Virus record (IMG/VR): IMGVR_UViG_3300028654_000009
DNA from: a virus
DNA length: 64,000 bases
Strand: one strand, 5' to 3'
In this document: in pieces, positions 9,198-18,718 of the stretch
Layout of the letters: each line of letters opens with the position of its first letter
How positions within the stretch are numbered: the first letter of the stretch is position 1
Translations under genes and position numbers: made by a program
The notes under the pieces: model-generated
Databases searched by the model: none
What the model was told of the DNA's origin: nothing
The model's input: only the letters and a program-made list of their open reading frames with translations

Positions 9198-9203
9198 AAG
9201 ATT
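9198..9203 (-). promoter_or_regulatory. putative late promoter AATCTT
   Basis: AATCTT-cggtc-ATG(9192); overlaps upstream stop codon. Confidence 0.75.
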
Positions 9204-9630
9204 AGCCCTGTGAGGGCTGCATCCCGTTCGACCACCTGACAAACGAGAAAGCCACGTCTCCCATGATGTGGCCTCGATTGAAGGTCCAGTTCTCAGAAAT
9301 GGTCGAACATTTGTCCGCACGGAACAGTGTCGTGTCCGTTGCCCGGTCGAGCACCAGAATGGAGAAGTATTTCTCCCTGGAAACATCTTCCCACACTGCA
9401 GCCATGCCTAATGCCTGGATGCCGCCGTCTTGGTGGAGTCTGTAGATTTGCATCTGGCCGTGTCCCGATACTGACTGCGGCATCAACTCCATGGGTTCAA
9501 GCGTGTCAATTGTGTGAAGTTCTTTTCGGGGTGTGGAATTCATGATTCCGATGGACGCTACTCGCCCGAGCATGGAACCATTGACGTACACCACAACTTG
9601 TGCCCCAGTGATCAGCCTAGAACGCGCCAT
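9202..9630 (-). CDS. tail tube-like protein
   Basis: 142 aa, ITGAQVVVYVNG...GRV; coupled to baseplate gene. Confidence 0.6.
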   Translation of the reverse strand: MARSRLITGAQVVVYVNGSMLGRVASIGIMNSTPRKELHTIDTLEPMELMPQSVSGHGQMQIYRLHQDGGIQALGMAAVWEDVSREKYFSILVLDRATDTTLFRADKCSTISENWTFNRGHIMGDVAFSFVRWSNGMQPSQG

Positions 9631-12600
9631 TACTCGCCCTTCGCTTTCTTGATTTCGGCGTCAACGGTGTCGCCGCCCCATACGTACACCTGGTCTGAAA
9701 TCTTCGAACTCCCAGTTGCAGGGAACCCTTCACCGCCGAGCCCACGGTCTCCCGGATATCGAACTGTTAGTGCCGTTTCGATACCTGCAGGAGCGATGTC
9801 GGAGATGAGATTTTGTGCAGCCTGCCGGCCGGCAGTAGCAGCTGTGGCGTAGAAAGCGCCAAGCGAATCAATGTTCTCAGGCACTGCCTCGCTGCTCTTC
9901 ACGACCGAAACCGAGCTTCCGATCTCGACCGTAGCCGGGAAAGCGTACCGTCCGTCAATTGCGATTTGGTTGGTGCCGATCGTTCTTTGGTAAGGGAGCG
10001 GCCCTATCTGATTGCCGTGTCCGAACTGCAATACCAAAAACCCTGGGGTCGATGGAATGTTGGCGGTAGACGCCACGTCCAGGAACGTGTAGCTCCCGCC
10101 CTTTTCCCTACGAGAAGTCAGCGTGGTCAAGGATGAGCTTACCGTAATTCCCATTTTGGGATCGAACATGAATGGGCCCTTCAGGTCGTCTTCATTGACA
10201 GCATCCAGAGGCGTTACGACACCCGACCCAGTTACAGATGTGAATGCGAGATGTGTTGAATCCTTGAATACCAATATGTTACTACCCGTTCCGCTTAGGG
10301 CCGTATGGGTGCCATTGAGACCGCCAGTCATGATTCTGTTGCCTCCACGAACCATCACGAACCCGTAGTTGGTCGAACCACTGACATCGTAGACTCCGGA
10401 GTTATTACGGGCGCCCCCTAGAATGACTGGGTAGCTGCCTCCAAGCAGTGTGCCTCGGGAGAAGTAGTGGAACTCGGTAGTGCCTGCGGTCATTTGAGCC
10501 GGCAACACGTGCCACCTTAAGGTCTTGACGTCCAGGTACTCCGTACGAATCGAGGTGAACCCTCCAGACACGTAAACCCGATTTTCGTCGGCAACGTACT
10601 CGCACAGGCCATAGCTGTGGGGGTCGGCCATGTTTGGTAGAGGAGTCCAGATTTTGGTGGCCGGGTCATAGATTTCGGAAGAATTCAGCTCCAACTGACG
10701 CTGTGACTTATTGCTAGGGAAAGGGGCGGTACTGGGGTTGTATCCGATTCCGCCCGCCACGATCACTCTACCGTCTGGGAGTTTTACGCACCCGAAAGCG
10801 TAACGAGCATACGTCATGGACCCAGCCGGAACTGTTGGATTTAGGTTAGACGACAGCGAGACGATTTCGCAGCTGTTGAGTACAGTACCAACCGGAGAAA
10901 GGTCTACCCCAGTTGGGTTATCGTACATAACACCCACCTCTTCGTTGTACATCCCCCTGATATCTGAGTCGACAGCTTGCACCCCAGGCCCGAATCCGAT
11001 TGCGTCTATACACCCGGTAAACCGCGCTGTGTTGGGACAACCGGTGGCAATTTCCGAAGCGGTAGGAGCCATACCGAAATTCCATATCCCCGACAGACCC
11101 CCGTCCGGGGTAGAGGTGGCTACTGAAATGATTACTTTACCGTCAAGATATAGGTAAACCACGCCGCCTGCGGCATTGACCTCAATCAAGAATTGGTGAT
11201 ACACGGGGAACGCGTTGGAGATGGAAGGACCCCACAAAGAAGTCCGCGTGACCGAAGACTTATTGAGAATGCCACCACCAGAGTTCATCCAGTAAAGGAA
11301 AAACTTGTCGTCATTGGTGTCGACGCCGAACATGAGGTTCGTTTGTGTAGCCAACGAAGAGAACGTGGCGGCTCCGTTCCTAAACACAACTCCCTGATTA
11401 TTGGTCATCCAGCCTACAAGAGTGTACGAGAGCTGGAGCTGTCCGTTAAGTGTAGTCTGCGCGGCACCTGGTGCCGGATTCTGCATAAGGCTTGTGGAGA
11501 GGTTCACTCCATAGCCAGACTTGCCAGGTACACGTGCGTTGCCATTGACGGATACGCTGACGGGGCCGGTCAAGATAGCCGCCCCAAAGGCCTCGTCAAA
11601 ATCCCAGCCAGTGATTCCCAAACGAGTGCGGGTTGCGAAACTAACGGGCCTTCGACCGCCAATCACGAGCGCCGTAGTGGAAGTAAGAGGAACCATCGAG
11701 TGTCCCGCACGTGGAGTGATGAGCGAACCCCCAGGTTGAGTCCACGTCCCGGGTCCCTCTTGAATAGCATTCGTAGGCAAGTTAAATGTAGTGTTGCCCC
11801 CAGTCACCAGTAGTTTGGTGCCCAATTGCACCACAGCCTGGTCTGCGGCTGGAGTGACGAGCGAGGTGCTGTCCTGGACTACAGACTTTAGCCAGTTCAT
11901 GGCTGCGTTATTCCAGACTGTGGTCTGCCAGCTACTAAAGCTCGCGTTGTCAATGATGCTATAAATATCGTTAGTAGAGAGAGACACCTTGGGCAACCTA
12001 AAGCCAGCGATACCAAACAGAGGGTCTCCGAAAGGGAGAGGGGTTATGAAGCTATTGACTGTGCTATAGTCAAATTTTACTTGGGTAGGATCGCTAGTCC
12101 CGGGGGCATAAGCCACTATGTTGGTTTTAGCGGATAGCGCGCCCAGGCCCCACATGCGCAAAGGAGACTCGCCCCCGCCCGAGGTCTTCTCAATAACAAC
12201 AACGGCGCTGGTCGCGACCCAATTGACCAACGTGGTGGTATTGACCGCAGTCCAAGCAGCCGCACCGTCTCCCGTAATGGCAGTAGCAAGATTGGACATC
12301 GTGATAGCTGCAGTCCCACCGATGGTGACGGTCACGTTCCCTCCCGTGCCGAAACCGTATGTTCTGGTGGTGCCGCCTGTGCTGATGGACAGAACGTCTC
12401 CAGAAACTGGGTTGGCCAGAAACCAAAGGGGGATAGCCGCCAAGATACCTTGTGTGTTATTGAGCTGGTTAGCGTGTAGAACGGTTCTCAGCGGAGGTCT
12501 CTTAGTAACGATAAGCGGAGTCACGGTCGTTACGGCGGTGGCAGTAAGATTGTTCCAAAGCTGGGAGTACCCTCCAATTAGATAGAGGGAGTTGTTGTTT

Positions 12601-14537
12601 GAGGCGTTGCTTGAATACACTATAGGTGCAGAACCGGAGGTGCAGCTGAAGTCGAGCAGGGCCCCTTGCTGTGTGCGATAGCTAGTCTGCTTGGTGCCAT
12701 TGGTGTTGCTAATCTGGTTTATCGGAGTCAACCACGCGATCGTGTTCCCAGCTCCACCAACGATGTAGTTACCGGTGATCCATACGTCCTTGTCTTGGTC
12801 TGCAACTAGCTGGTTTGGGATGTAGCGAATGGGAGAGAAGGACGTCCATAGAGTGTTGGCTGAAAGATAGGAGGTGCCGAAGGCGGTGTTGGTGCCTCCA
12901 TAAACCCCCGGGTCCACTGCGCCGCTAGAAGATGGTGCGACAAACGAATCTGTGGCTACAGAGTCGATAACGAACGAGCTTCCAATCTGAATCCCATGAT
13001 TGCCGGAGGTGGTTACGGTAGTCGTTCCGTCTGGATTGCGAACAATGTTACTGATTAAGACCTCTTGAGGATTGTGTACGTACGCCCCGCTTCCCTCACT
13101 GCGGTGAACAGACGTGGAGGTGGCAGCCACGTTGACGATAGCTTGGCCGCCGGCCTGCGTAAATAAAGAGTAAGAGGGGTTTTGGTAGATGGTGGACTTA
13201 AGCGGATGAAACAGGACCAAAGAGCGATACGCCAATTGGGACACAGTCTGAGGTGCGGCCTTGGGGTTGGTGATGTCGATGTATTGAGAGGAAGGTCCGA
13301 CGAAGACGTTTACGATAGGGAAGGAGCCCTGATTCACAGCACTGAATTCCGAACCCCGAATGACGACATAGTCTCCAACCACGGTAGAGCCGAGCGGGTA
13401 TGAAAACGAAGAGGAAGACGAAAGCCTGGCAGTGTTGTTGCCCAACAACGTGATGGTCCAGGTAGTGGCCGGAGGTGCGGCCGTACTGATAGTTGACAGT
13501 GCGCTGGGGAACTGAATGTCCGGCTGAGCCGTACCACCAGTGATTCGAATTGCCGACACCAGGCCTCGGCTGCCTGAGTAAACACGGAGCTTCTTGACGC
13601 CAGTGGTGGTATCCTGAGTAGAGGTGGCGTAAGCGTTCGCCCCGGCGTCTTCGAATGCTCGATTGATGACTGCGGCTACCTCGTCCACCAGGGCTCGGCG
13701 AATGATAGCGAAATCCGTTCGATTGAGGGTCACGTTTACTAGGTGCAGCTCGTCCACAAGGATTGACAGAGTCGTGCCATCGTTTAGCGTCATTGGCTCG
13801 TTGACGGCTGCGTCTGCATACGCCCGGACTGTCTCGGTCCCACAAAGGACCTCAAGAATGTCCGCCACGGCGCTGGAGGTGAGCTTCGAGCTGACGGTAG
13901 CAATAGCCAGCTTCCTGAAATCTTGGTCCGAAATCCCGATGTTGGCCGGGCGGGCGATTCCGTAGTCTGATGCCCTCTTGGTCAGATAGCTCCCAGAGGC
14001 GGAAGTCAAGAACAATTGGTCAAAGGCCGACTGAGCCATAGCTTTGACGCTGGCGTCGCCCGTGGCCAGGCCGGCGATGATGGCCTCCCAGGTGGGGCGG
14101 TTACGGTAAGCCGGATTCAGGAAGGAACGAAGGGTGTCCGCAGACGCCGCGTTCGTGGCCCCGCCCGGGATAGGTCCCTCTTTGACCGCAGAAATAGCGA
14201 ATGAAACCGTCAGGGGCGCTCCCGAGGCCGTCAAGGCGATGCCGCTGATCGAAGTGACAGTGCCGGCAACGGTCAGGGTGTAGCTACCGGGAGCCAAAAA
14301 AGCAAAAACGTCAATAGTTTCAAGATCTTGCGCGGTCGGACTGACACTGGAGACGGTGACTGGACCGCTGGGCCCCGTGATGGTATAGTTGGGCGCGTAG
14401 TCGGCCCGCACGGAATTGCTCCCTGAGACCGTTTTGGGCGTATCGGTGTACCTGACGCGAATAGTAGTCAATACGCCCGAGCTGGAATAGTTCAGGGGAA
14501 CGGCGGAATCTAGGCGGAAGTCCAAGGAAATGGCCAC
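9630..14537 (-). CDS. large baseplate wedge-like protein with kelch repeats and LamG-like domain
   Basis: LFLTSASGSYL...YGIARP...SDQDFRKL wedge motif; kelch blades; start reassigned to GTG 14537 by the AATCTT-N5 rule. Confidence 0.75.
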   Translation of the reverse strand: MAISLDFRLDSAVPLNYSSSGVLTTIRVRYTDTPKTVSGSNSVRADYAPNYTITGPSGPVTVSSVSPTAQDLETIDVFAFLAPGSYTLTVAGTVTSISGIALTASGAPLTVSFAISAVKEGPIPGGATNAASADTLRSFLNPAYRNRPTWEAIIAGLATGDASVKAMAQSAFDQLFLTSASGSYLTKRASDYGIARPANIGISDQDFRKLAIATVSSKLTSSAVADILEVLCGTETVRAYADAAVNEPMTLNDGTTLSILVDELHLVNVTLNRTDFAIIRRALVDEVAAVINRAFEDAGANAYATSTQDTTTGVKKLRVYSGSRGLVSAIRITGGTAQPDIQFPSALSTISTAAPPATTWTITLLGNNTARLSSSSSFSYPLGSTVVGDYVVIRGSEFSAVNQGSFPIVNVFVGPSSQYIDITNPKAAPQTVSQLAYRSLVLFHPLKSTIYQNPSYSLFTQAGGQAIVNVAATSTSVHRSEGSGAYVHNPQEVLISNIVRNPDGTTTVTTSGNHGIQIGSSFVIDSVATDSFVAPSSSGAVDPGVYGGTNTAFGTSYLSANTLWTSFSPIRYIPNQLVADQDKDVWITGNYIVGGAGNTIAWLTPINQISNTNGTKQTSYRTQQGALLDFSCTSGSAPIVYSSNASNNNSLYLIGGYSQLWNNLTATAVTTVTPLIVTKRPPLRTVLHANQLNNTQGILAAIPLWFLANPVSGDVLSISTGGTTRTYGFGTGGNVTVTIGGTAAITMSNLATAITGDGAAAWTAVNTTTLVNWVATSAVVVIEKTSGGGESPLRMWGLGALSAKTNIVAYAPGTSDPTQVKFDYSTVNSFITPLPFGDPLFGIAGFRLPKVSLSTNDIYSIIDNASFSSWQTTVWNNAAMNWLKSVVQDSTSLVTPAADQAVVQLGTKLLVTGGNTTFNLPTNAIQEGPGTWTQPGGSLITPRAGHSMVPLTSTTALVIGGRRPVSFATRTRLGITGWDFDEAFGAAILTGPVSVSVNGNARVPGKSGYGVNLSTSLMQNPAPGAAQTTLNGQLQLSYTLVGWMTNNQGVVFRNGAATFSSLATQTNLMFGVDTNDDKFFLYWMNSGGGILNKSSVTRTSLWGPSISNAFPVYHQFLIEVNAAGGVVYLYLDGKVIISVATSTPDGGLSGIWNFGMAPTASEIATGCPNTARFTGCIDAIGFGPGVQAVDSDIRGMYNEEVGVMYDNPTGVDLSPVGTVLNSCEIVSLSSNLNPTVPAGSMTYARYAFGCVKLPDGRVIVAGGIGYNPSTAPFPSNKSQRQLELNSSEIYDPATKIWTPLPNMADPHSYGLCEYVADENRVYVSGGFTSIRTEYLDVKTLRWHVLPAQMTAGTTEFHYFSRGTLLGGSYPVILGGARNNSGVYDVSGSTNYGFVMVRGGNRIMTGGLNGTHTALSGTGSNILVFKDSTHLAFTSVTGSGVVTPLDAVNEDDLKGPFMFDPKMGITVSSSLTTLTSRREKGGSYTFLDVASTANIPSTPGFLVLQFGHGNQIGPLPYQRTIGTNQIAIDGRYAFPATVEIGSSVSVVKSSEAVPENIDSLGAFYATAATAGRQAAQNLISDIAPAGIETALTVRYPGDRGLGGEGFPATGSSKISDQVYVWGGDTVDAEIKKAKGE

Positions 14538-14542
14538 GAAGC

Positions 14543-14548
14543 AAGATT
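14543..14548 (-). promoter_or_regulatory. putative late promoter AATCTT
   Basis: AATCTT-gcttc-GTG(14537). Confidence 0.75.
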
Positions 14549-14553
14549 CGGCC

Positions 14554-14581
14554 TTGACAGATTGCCGAGGTGTGGTATCAA
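14554..14581 (+). promoter_or_regulatory. sigma70-like early promoter
   Basis: TTGACA-N16-TATCAA with TGn extension; 7 nt to ATG 14589. Confidence 0.7.
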
Positions 14582-14588
14582 TAGACAC

Positions 14589-15488
14589 ATGAGCAACATC
14601 GATTTGGAAGAGTTTGCGAAGACAATCAACAAAGCCATCGCCCGGGCCGAAAAGGTTGAGGCGGAGGTCTCTGCGCTGGTGGCCACAATCAAGGTCAATG
14701 AAGAGGATCACACCTTGATGGTCAAGCGAATTGAGGCGGATAAGCAAAAGGCCGAGCTGGAGCGGGACAAGGCAATCGAAGAACGAAAGAAGAACCACGC
14801 CGAACTTGTTGATGCGATGCGGCTTATCAAAGCTCGGGCCGAGAAGGCCGAGGGGGAGGCTTATGCCTACAAGCGTGACTTCGAGGCCGAGTTGGCCGGC
14901 AACAAGCATTATCGTGAGCGGTTCGGGGCACGCGACGACGAGACGATGGAAATGTTCTATGAGCGGCTAGTGCGGGAGCGCGACGAGGCGAAAGCGACGC
15001 TGGAAACCTATCGCTCCGTCGCTGGCGTCGCCGAAAGGACAGCCGAGGAATTGCGCGAGCGGTCTGTCGAGGCGAATGCCCGCCTCAAGAAGGTCGAGCG
15101 GGAACTCGCTGATGCGCGTGCTAGCCGTGATGGTTGGATTGAGGCGGAACGCAAGGCGCGACTGGAGCGCGACGAGACAGAGGAGGGCTCGGAGGAGTTC
15201 CGTAAGGGTTTCGCCAAAGCGCAGGAGGAACACTCGGTGAGCGAGGGCGTAATCGCTGACCTGGATCTCGGGCTTGCAGACCTGCGAGAGAACCAAATAC
15301 CGACCCTGATTGATCGGGTCAAGACCTTGGAGCGGCAGGTCGCGGATCACGACTGCGTGATGGTTAACGACTCCGAGCGGCACCGGCACGAAAAGCACGA
15401 GGCGCGCATCAATGCGCTGGAGTCGCTGCTACTGGACCCCAGCGATTGCAAGGGATGCCGGGGCCTGTGCCACGCGTGCGACCGATGA
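14589..15488 (+). CDS. coiled-coil protein with C-terminal CxxC-x3-CxxC
   Basis: Heptads; RVKTLE, RINALE; CKGCRGLCHAC. Confidence 0.85.
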   Translation: MSNIDLEEFAKTINKAIARAEKVEAEVSALVATIKVNEEDHTLMVKRIEADKQKAELERDKAIEERKKNHAELVDAMRLIKARAEKAEGEAYAYKRDFEAELAGNKHYRERFGARDDETMEMFYERLVRERDEAKATLETYRSVAGVAERTAEELRERSVEANARLKKVERELADARASRDGWIEAERKARLERDETEEGSEEFRKGFAKAQEEHSVSEGVIADLDLGLADLRENQIPTLIDRVKTLERQVADHDCVMVNDSERHRHEKHEARINALESLLLDPSDCKGCRGLCHACDR

Positions 15489-15649
15489 CCTCCCGCGAGC
15501 GAGCGGCGGCGGCCCTGGCGCAGGTCCAACTGGACCTTGCCGAGGCGAAGGAGCGCATCAAGGCGCTGGACACCCTGGTCCAGGCGATGGGCCAGCGGGT
15601 CAACGACCACGAGCGCCGGCTGCGCGCACGCGAAGGGAAGCCGAAATGA
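15485..15649 (+). CDS. chimeric small coiled-coil protein
   Basis: N-terminus matches gene at 209; C-terminus matches gene ending at 212. Confidence 0.7.
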   Translation: MTSRERAAAALAQVQLDLAEAKERIKALDTLVQAMGQRVNDHERRLRAREGKPK

Positions 15650-15800
15650 CATCTCGTGAGCGGGCGTCGTTCGCGCGGGCGGCGCGGTGGCTGGATCGAT
15701 GGCGCATCTGGCGTGCCTGGCGACGCACGCTGTGCTGCTGCGGAAACTGCCACAATGGGCGCGCGATATGTAGGCCACCTTCCCTCGACGGCGTGGCGAT
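15554..15800 (+). repeat. diverged copy of about 116-402
   Basis: 28-nt identity 186-213 / 15623-15650; mostly synonymous differences; shared cctcgacggcgtggcg end. Confidence 0.85.
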
Positions 15801-15810
15801 GCGTGGGTGA
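15646..15810 (+). CDS. small hypothetical protein (MTSRERA family)
   Basis: ATGA overlap; ends SLDGVA like 209-409. Confidence 0.65.
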   Translation: MTSRERASFARAARWLDRWRIWRAWRRTLCCCGNCHNGRAICRPPSLDGVAMRG

Positions 15811-15971
15811 AGATCAGAAAACCAAAGGCGACGGACAAGCGGCTGGTGGAGTTGACCAGGCTCTGCCAGTGTGGTCGCCCACTAGGCTTCCACGGATTCC
15901 CGAAGCCACACGCGGTCTACGACGACCAGGAAAACGTCCTTTGCGCCGGGTTCAGGGAGGCTAAGCCATGA
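15807..15971 (+). CDS. small Zn-binding-like protein
   Basis: GTGA overlap; LCQCGRPLGFH...H...CAGF. Confidence 0.6.
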   Translation: MKIRKPKATDKRLVELTRLCQCGRPLGFHGFPKPHAVYDDQENVLCAGFREAKP

Positions 15972-16141
15972 GAGTCTGTGATTGCGGACACGTGGAGGAC
16001 GACCACGGGCACGACCCAAAGCATCCGGGGTCGACTGCATGTCGGATGGGGTCGGATGGTCTCAACGACGCGGACCCGCTACTGGACGGCTACGACTGTG
16101 ATTGCTGTTGCTTCTCGTGGGACGAGGAGGAAGAGAGCTGA
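15968..16141 (+). CDS. small Cys/His-rich protein
   Basis: MRVCDCGHVEDDH...C...CDCCCF; ATGA overlap. Confidence 0.65.
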   Translation: MRVCDCGHVEDDHGHDPKHPGSTACRMGSDGLNDADPLLDGYDCDCCCFSWDEEEES

Positions 16142-16295
16142 CGATGAGTGATATCAAACCCACTGGTGGCCTCCGAGTGAATGGTTCAAGATCGGTAAAC
16201 GAAAGTTCTCTGACCAAGCGCTGGCCCGTGTCTTCAGGGTTCCAGAAATCGTCATCCAAAGAAGAATCCACCGACTGTTTTACCCGAGGTAGAAA

Positions 16296-16991
16296 ATGGT
16301 CTTGCTATTTATATTGACCGTATTGGCGTTGTCCGGCCTGGGGCTGGTGGCCCTTAATTTAGGAATCGGTCGCTGGTGTCGCCTCGAAGAGGCCGAAGGT
16401 CAGAAGCGAGTGGAGGCGCAGCGTAGAAGGGAAGAACTCGCCCCCTACATGCATGAAGCCGAGCGTGAAGTAGACGAGCTGTTGGGTATCAAAGCGGTTG
16501 ATGAATTTGTCAGTAAGACGTGCGGGTGCGACGTGTGTACAAATTATCATGGCAGTTCGAGCCTAGATAAACGGCTAGCTGGCCTGGACGACTTGGTCTG
16601 CCCAACGTGCGGACGCGACCGTGCCTGGCATTTTGTCAATAATATGTACTGCATAGTCGAATTGCGGCCAGGGGTAAAAACCATGTTCGGCGATTGGCAA
16701 CACGGCAAGCTTCAGACCCAACTATCCTACGACCAATGCCTAAAGTGCGGCCACAAAGCCTTGCCTGGCGCTTACCCGAAACACGATTGTGTGCCGAAGG
16801 GGGCCGAAAAGCTGGAACCCGGGGTGTACGTGATGCGTGGAATCACCAGCGCTTTCTCCAATCGCCAGCCGTCGTTCAGCGACTTGATTTCAGAGGCCAA
16901 GGATGCTATAAACAACCATCCTCCGTACGAGGAAGAGGTCCTAGTGCAAGAAGGCCCACGTTCTTATTTTGTCAAGAGGAAAGACCAATAA
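16296..16991 (+). CDS. membrane-anchored Cys-rich protein
   Basis: N-terminal TM; several CxxC; GAGG upstream. Confidence 0.75.
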   Translation: MVLLFILTVLALSGLGLVALNLGIGRWCRLEEAEGQKRVEAQRRREELAPYMHEAEREVDELLGIKAVDEFVSKTCGCDVCTNYHGSSSLDKRLAGLDDLVCPTCGRDRAWHFVNNMYCIVELRPGVKTMFGDWQHGKLQTQLSYDQCLKCGHKALPGAYPKHDCVPKGAEKLEPGVYVMRGITSAFSNRQPSFSDLISEAKDAINNHPPYEEEVLVQEGPRSYFVKRKDQ

Positions 16992-18073
16992 TGCCAACAA
17001 CTCCTTCGAATCCATCCCCGAGCGGCATCTCCGTCACCGTAAAAAAGTCTTACTACACGGCCGAGGCGCTCGCCATGAACTCTCCAGGGTACACGATTTC
17101 CGCTACGGACCCATCCGTTCGAGGCAGGCTTTTGAGCGGCGAAATCGTGGGCTACACCGTCGAAATGAACCCGCTAGACGCCTTCGTGATCGTGGCGAGC
17201 GCTGCTTCCCCGAACGACCTGACGACCCTCGTGCGTACTTTGAATCCGCTCCAGGTCTTCCTGACCAACCACACGTTCAATCCCTTCGGTACCAATGTTT
17301 ACTTCTTTGATCCGGCCAGAGTAATTCAGGCCTCGGCTAAGGCCCCTGTCGTGCCTGTAGTGAGCGGCTACACCCAGCAGTTCATGGCGGGGGCGACCCC
17401 AATCCCTCCGTCGGCTCCACCAGGACCTCCCATGACTCCGGCCGAGTACATGGCCAAGACTTACGCGGGATATACGGCCGAGTATGACGGGGGGAGCAGA
17501 AGTGCTCCCAAGGAGACGGGGGTTATTGTTGGCTACACCAGCTTGTGGAACGGGTACAGTGAATACGTGATTTTGGCTGACCAAAAGAACGGCGTGTCTT
17601 TGAACTCCTACCTGAATCAGGTAAACAAGCTTGCCCCCCAATTTAAAGGAGGGCCATTGCAGGCCTGGCTCACCGACCCCTGGTTCGACTTTACGCAGGA
17701 TAACGTTGTTTTTCACTTGCCTGTAAACGTCTCTCCGTTAAGTCCAGCACCCGGGCTCAGCACCAATCGGTACGGCAACTGGTGCCAGGAATACATCCCG
17801 GGCAGCCCGTGGACGGCTCCGGGGCGTTCGGCTCTTGGTCTGGGGCCCGGCTTCACACCCCCGAACCCTTCCCCGAGCCCAATGGTCCTAGGCCCACAGA
17901 ACCATATTTACCAGTTCACGGGGAATGTCACGGTCCAAGAGGCGACAGAATACGATTTGGCTTGCAAGCCGCCAATCGACCTATCAAAGTTCCCCCACAA
18001 GTGCGTCAAGTGCGGGTACCCGGCCTACAACGGGTTCGCCTCTACAGAATGTTCGAACGAGAGTTGCAAATGA
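16991..18073 (+). CDS. protein with two internal repeats and C-terminal Zn-ribbon
   Basis: GEIVGYT..LQVFLT / GVIVGYT..LQAWLT; DLSKFPHKCVKCGYPAY. Confidence 0.8.
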   Translation: MPTTPSNPSPSGISVTVKKSYYTAEALAMNSPGYTISATDPSVRGRLLSGEIVGYTVEMNPLDAFVIVASAASPNDLTTLVRTLNPLQVFLTNHTFNPFGTNVYFFDPARVIQASAKAPVVPVVSGYTQQFMAGATPIPPSAPPGPPMTPAEYMAKTYAGYTAEYDGGSRSAPKETGVIVGYTSLWNGYSEYVILADQKNGVSLNSYLNQVNKLAPQFKGGPLQAWLTDPWFDFTQDNVVFHLPVNVSPLSPAPGLSTNRYGNWCQEYIPGSPWTAPGRSALGLGPGFTPPNPSPSPMVLGPQNHIYQFTGNVTVQEATEYDLACKPPIDLSKFPHKCVKCGYPAYNGFASTECSNESCK

Positions 18074-18336
18074 ACGATTTCGAAAAGTTGATTCTGCTAC
18101 AGGCCGAGCTGCGGATGGTGGAGTTCGAGGTCGCGCGCCGAGACGTTGCTCTCAGCTTCGCTTTGGAACGAAGCGCCGATAACCCGGGCGCTGCCCAAGA
18201 TGCAACGAGACAATTGAGGCTAGCTCAAGAAGAGAAGGGCCGCCTAACGAGAGAAGTCTTCAAGGCTCAAAGGGACCTAGTCCGGAGCCATTCTGGCAAT
18301 TACAACTTGCTTTGTTACGACACCATGATAGAGTGA
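18070..18336 (+). CDS. small helical protein
   Basis: ATGA overlap; MNDFEKLILLQ. Confidence 0.7.
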   Translation: MNDFEKLILLQAELRMVEFEVARRDVALSFALERSADNPGAAQDATRQLRLAQEEKGRLTREVFKAQRDLVRSHSGNYNLLCYDTMIE

Positions 18337-18343
18337 GGGAACA

Positions 18344-18709
18344 ATGAGAATCAACAGAATCCCATACGGAGAGCCCGGTAAGACCGCAGAACCCGAAGAG
18401 ATCCTCTTCTCCGGGTTTTGTGATAGACATAACCTGACCATCGATGTCGTCGACAGGGGGCCACATCGCGGCAACGTCATTCCGAGGTATTACGCAGCCA
18501 TCAAAAACGGCGAGACCCTTGACAAAGGAATTCTCACTAGTACCATGGGTAACGGAGATACGGAGTTATTAGCTATCGCAGTCCTGAAGGAAGACCTATT
18601 GGGGAAGCTGCTGGTGGTAAACGCCATGACGAGCGATAGGACCGAAATCCAGTGTCCCTCGAATTGGCTGTACGAGCCACTAAATTTTTACTCTCAATTG
18701 ATTAGATAG
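18344..18709 (+). CDS. hypothetical phage protein
   Basis: GAGG SD; in operon. Confidence 0.75.
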   Translation: MRINRIPYGEPGKTAEPEEILFSGFCDRHNLTIDVVDRGPHRGNVIPRYYAAIKNGETLDKGILTSTMGNGDTELLAIAVLKEDLLGKLLVVNAMTSDRTEIQCPSNWLYEPLNFYSQLIR

Positions 18710-18718
18710 GAGCTGCAC

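Noticed and set aside
14538-14909. N-terminal extension of the 1759-aa ORF
   Set aside because: It is antisense to the coiled-coil gene at 14589; the late motif supports GTG 14537
116-15800. Diversity-generating retroelement TR/VR pair
   Set aside because: Differences are mostly synonymous and not confined to adenines; no reverse transcriptase in the window
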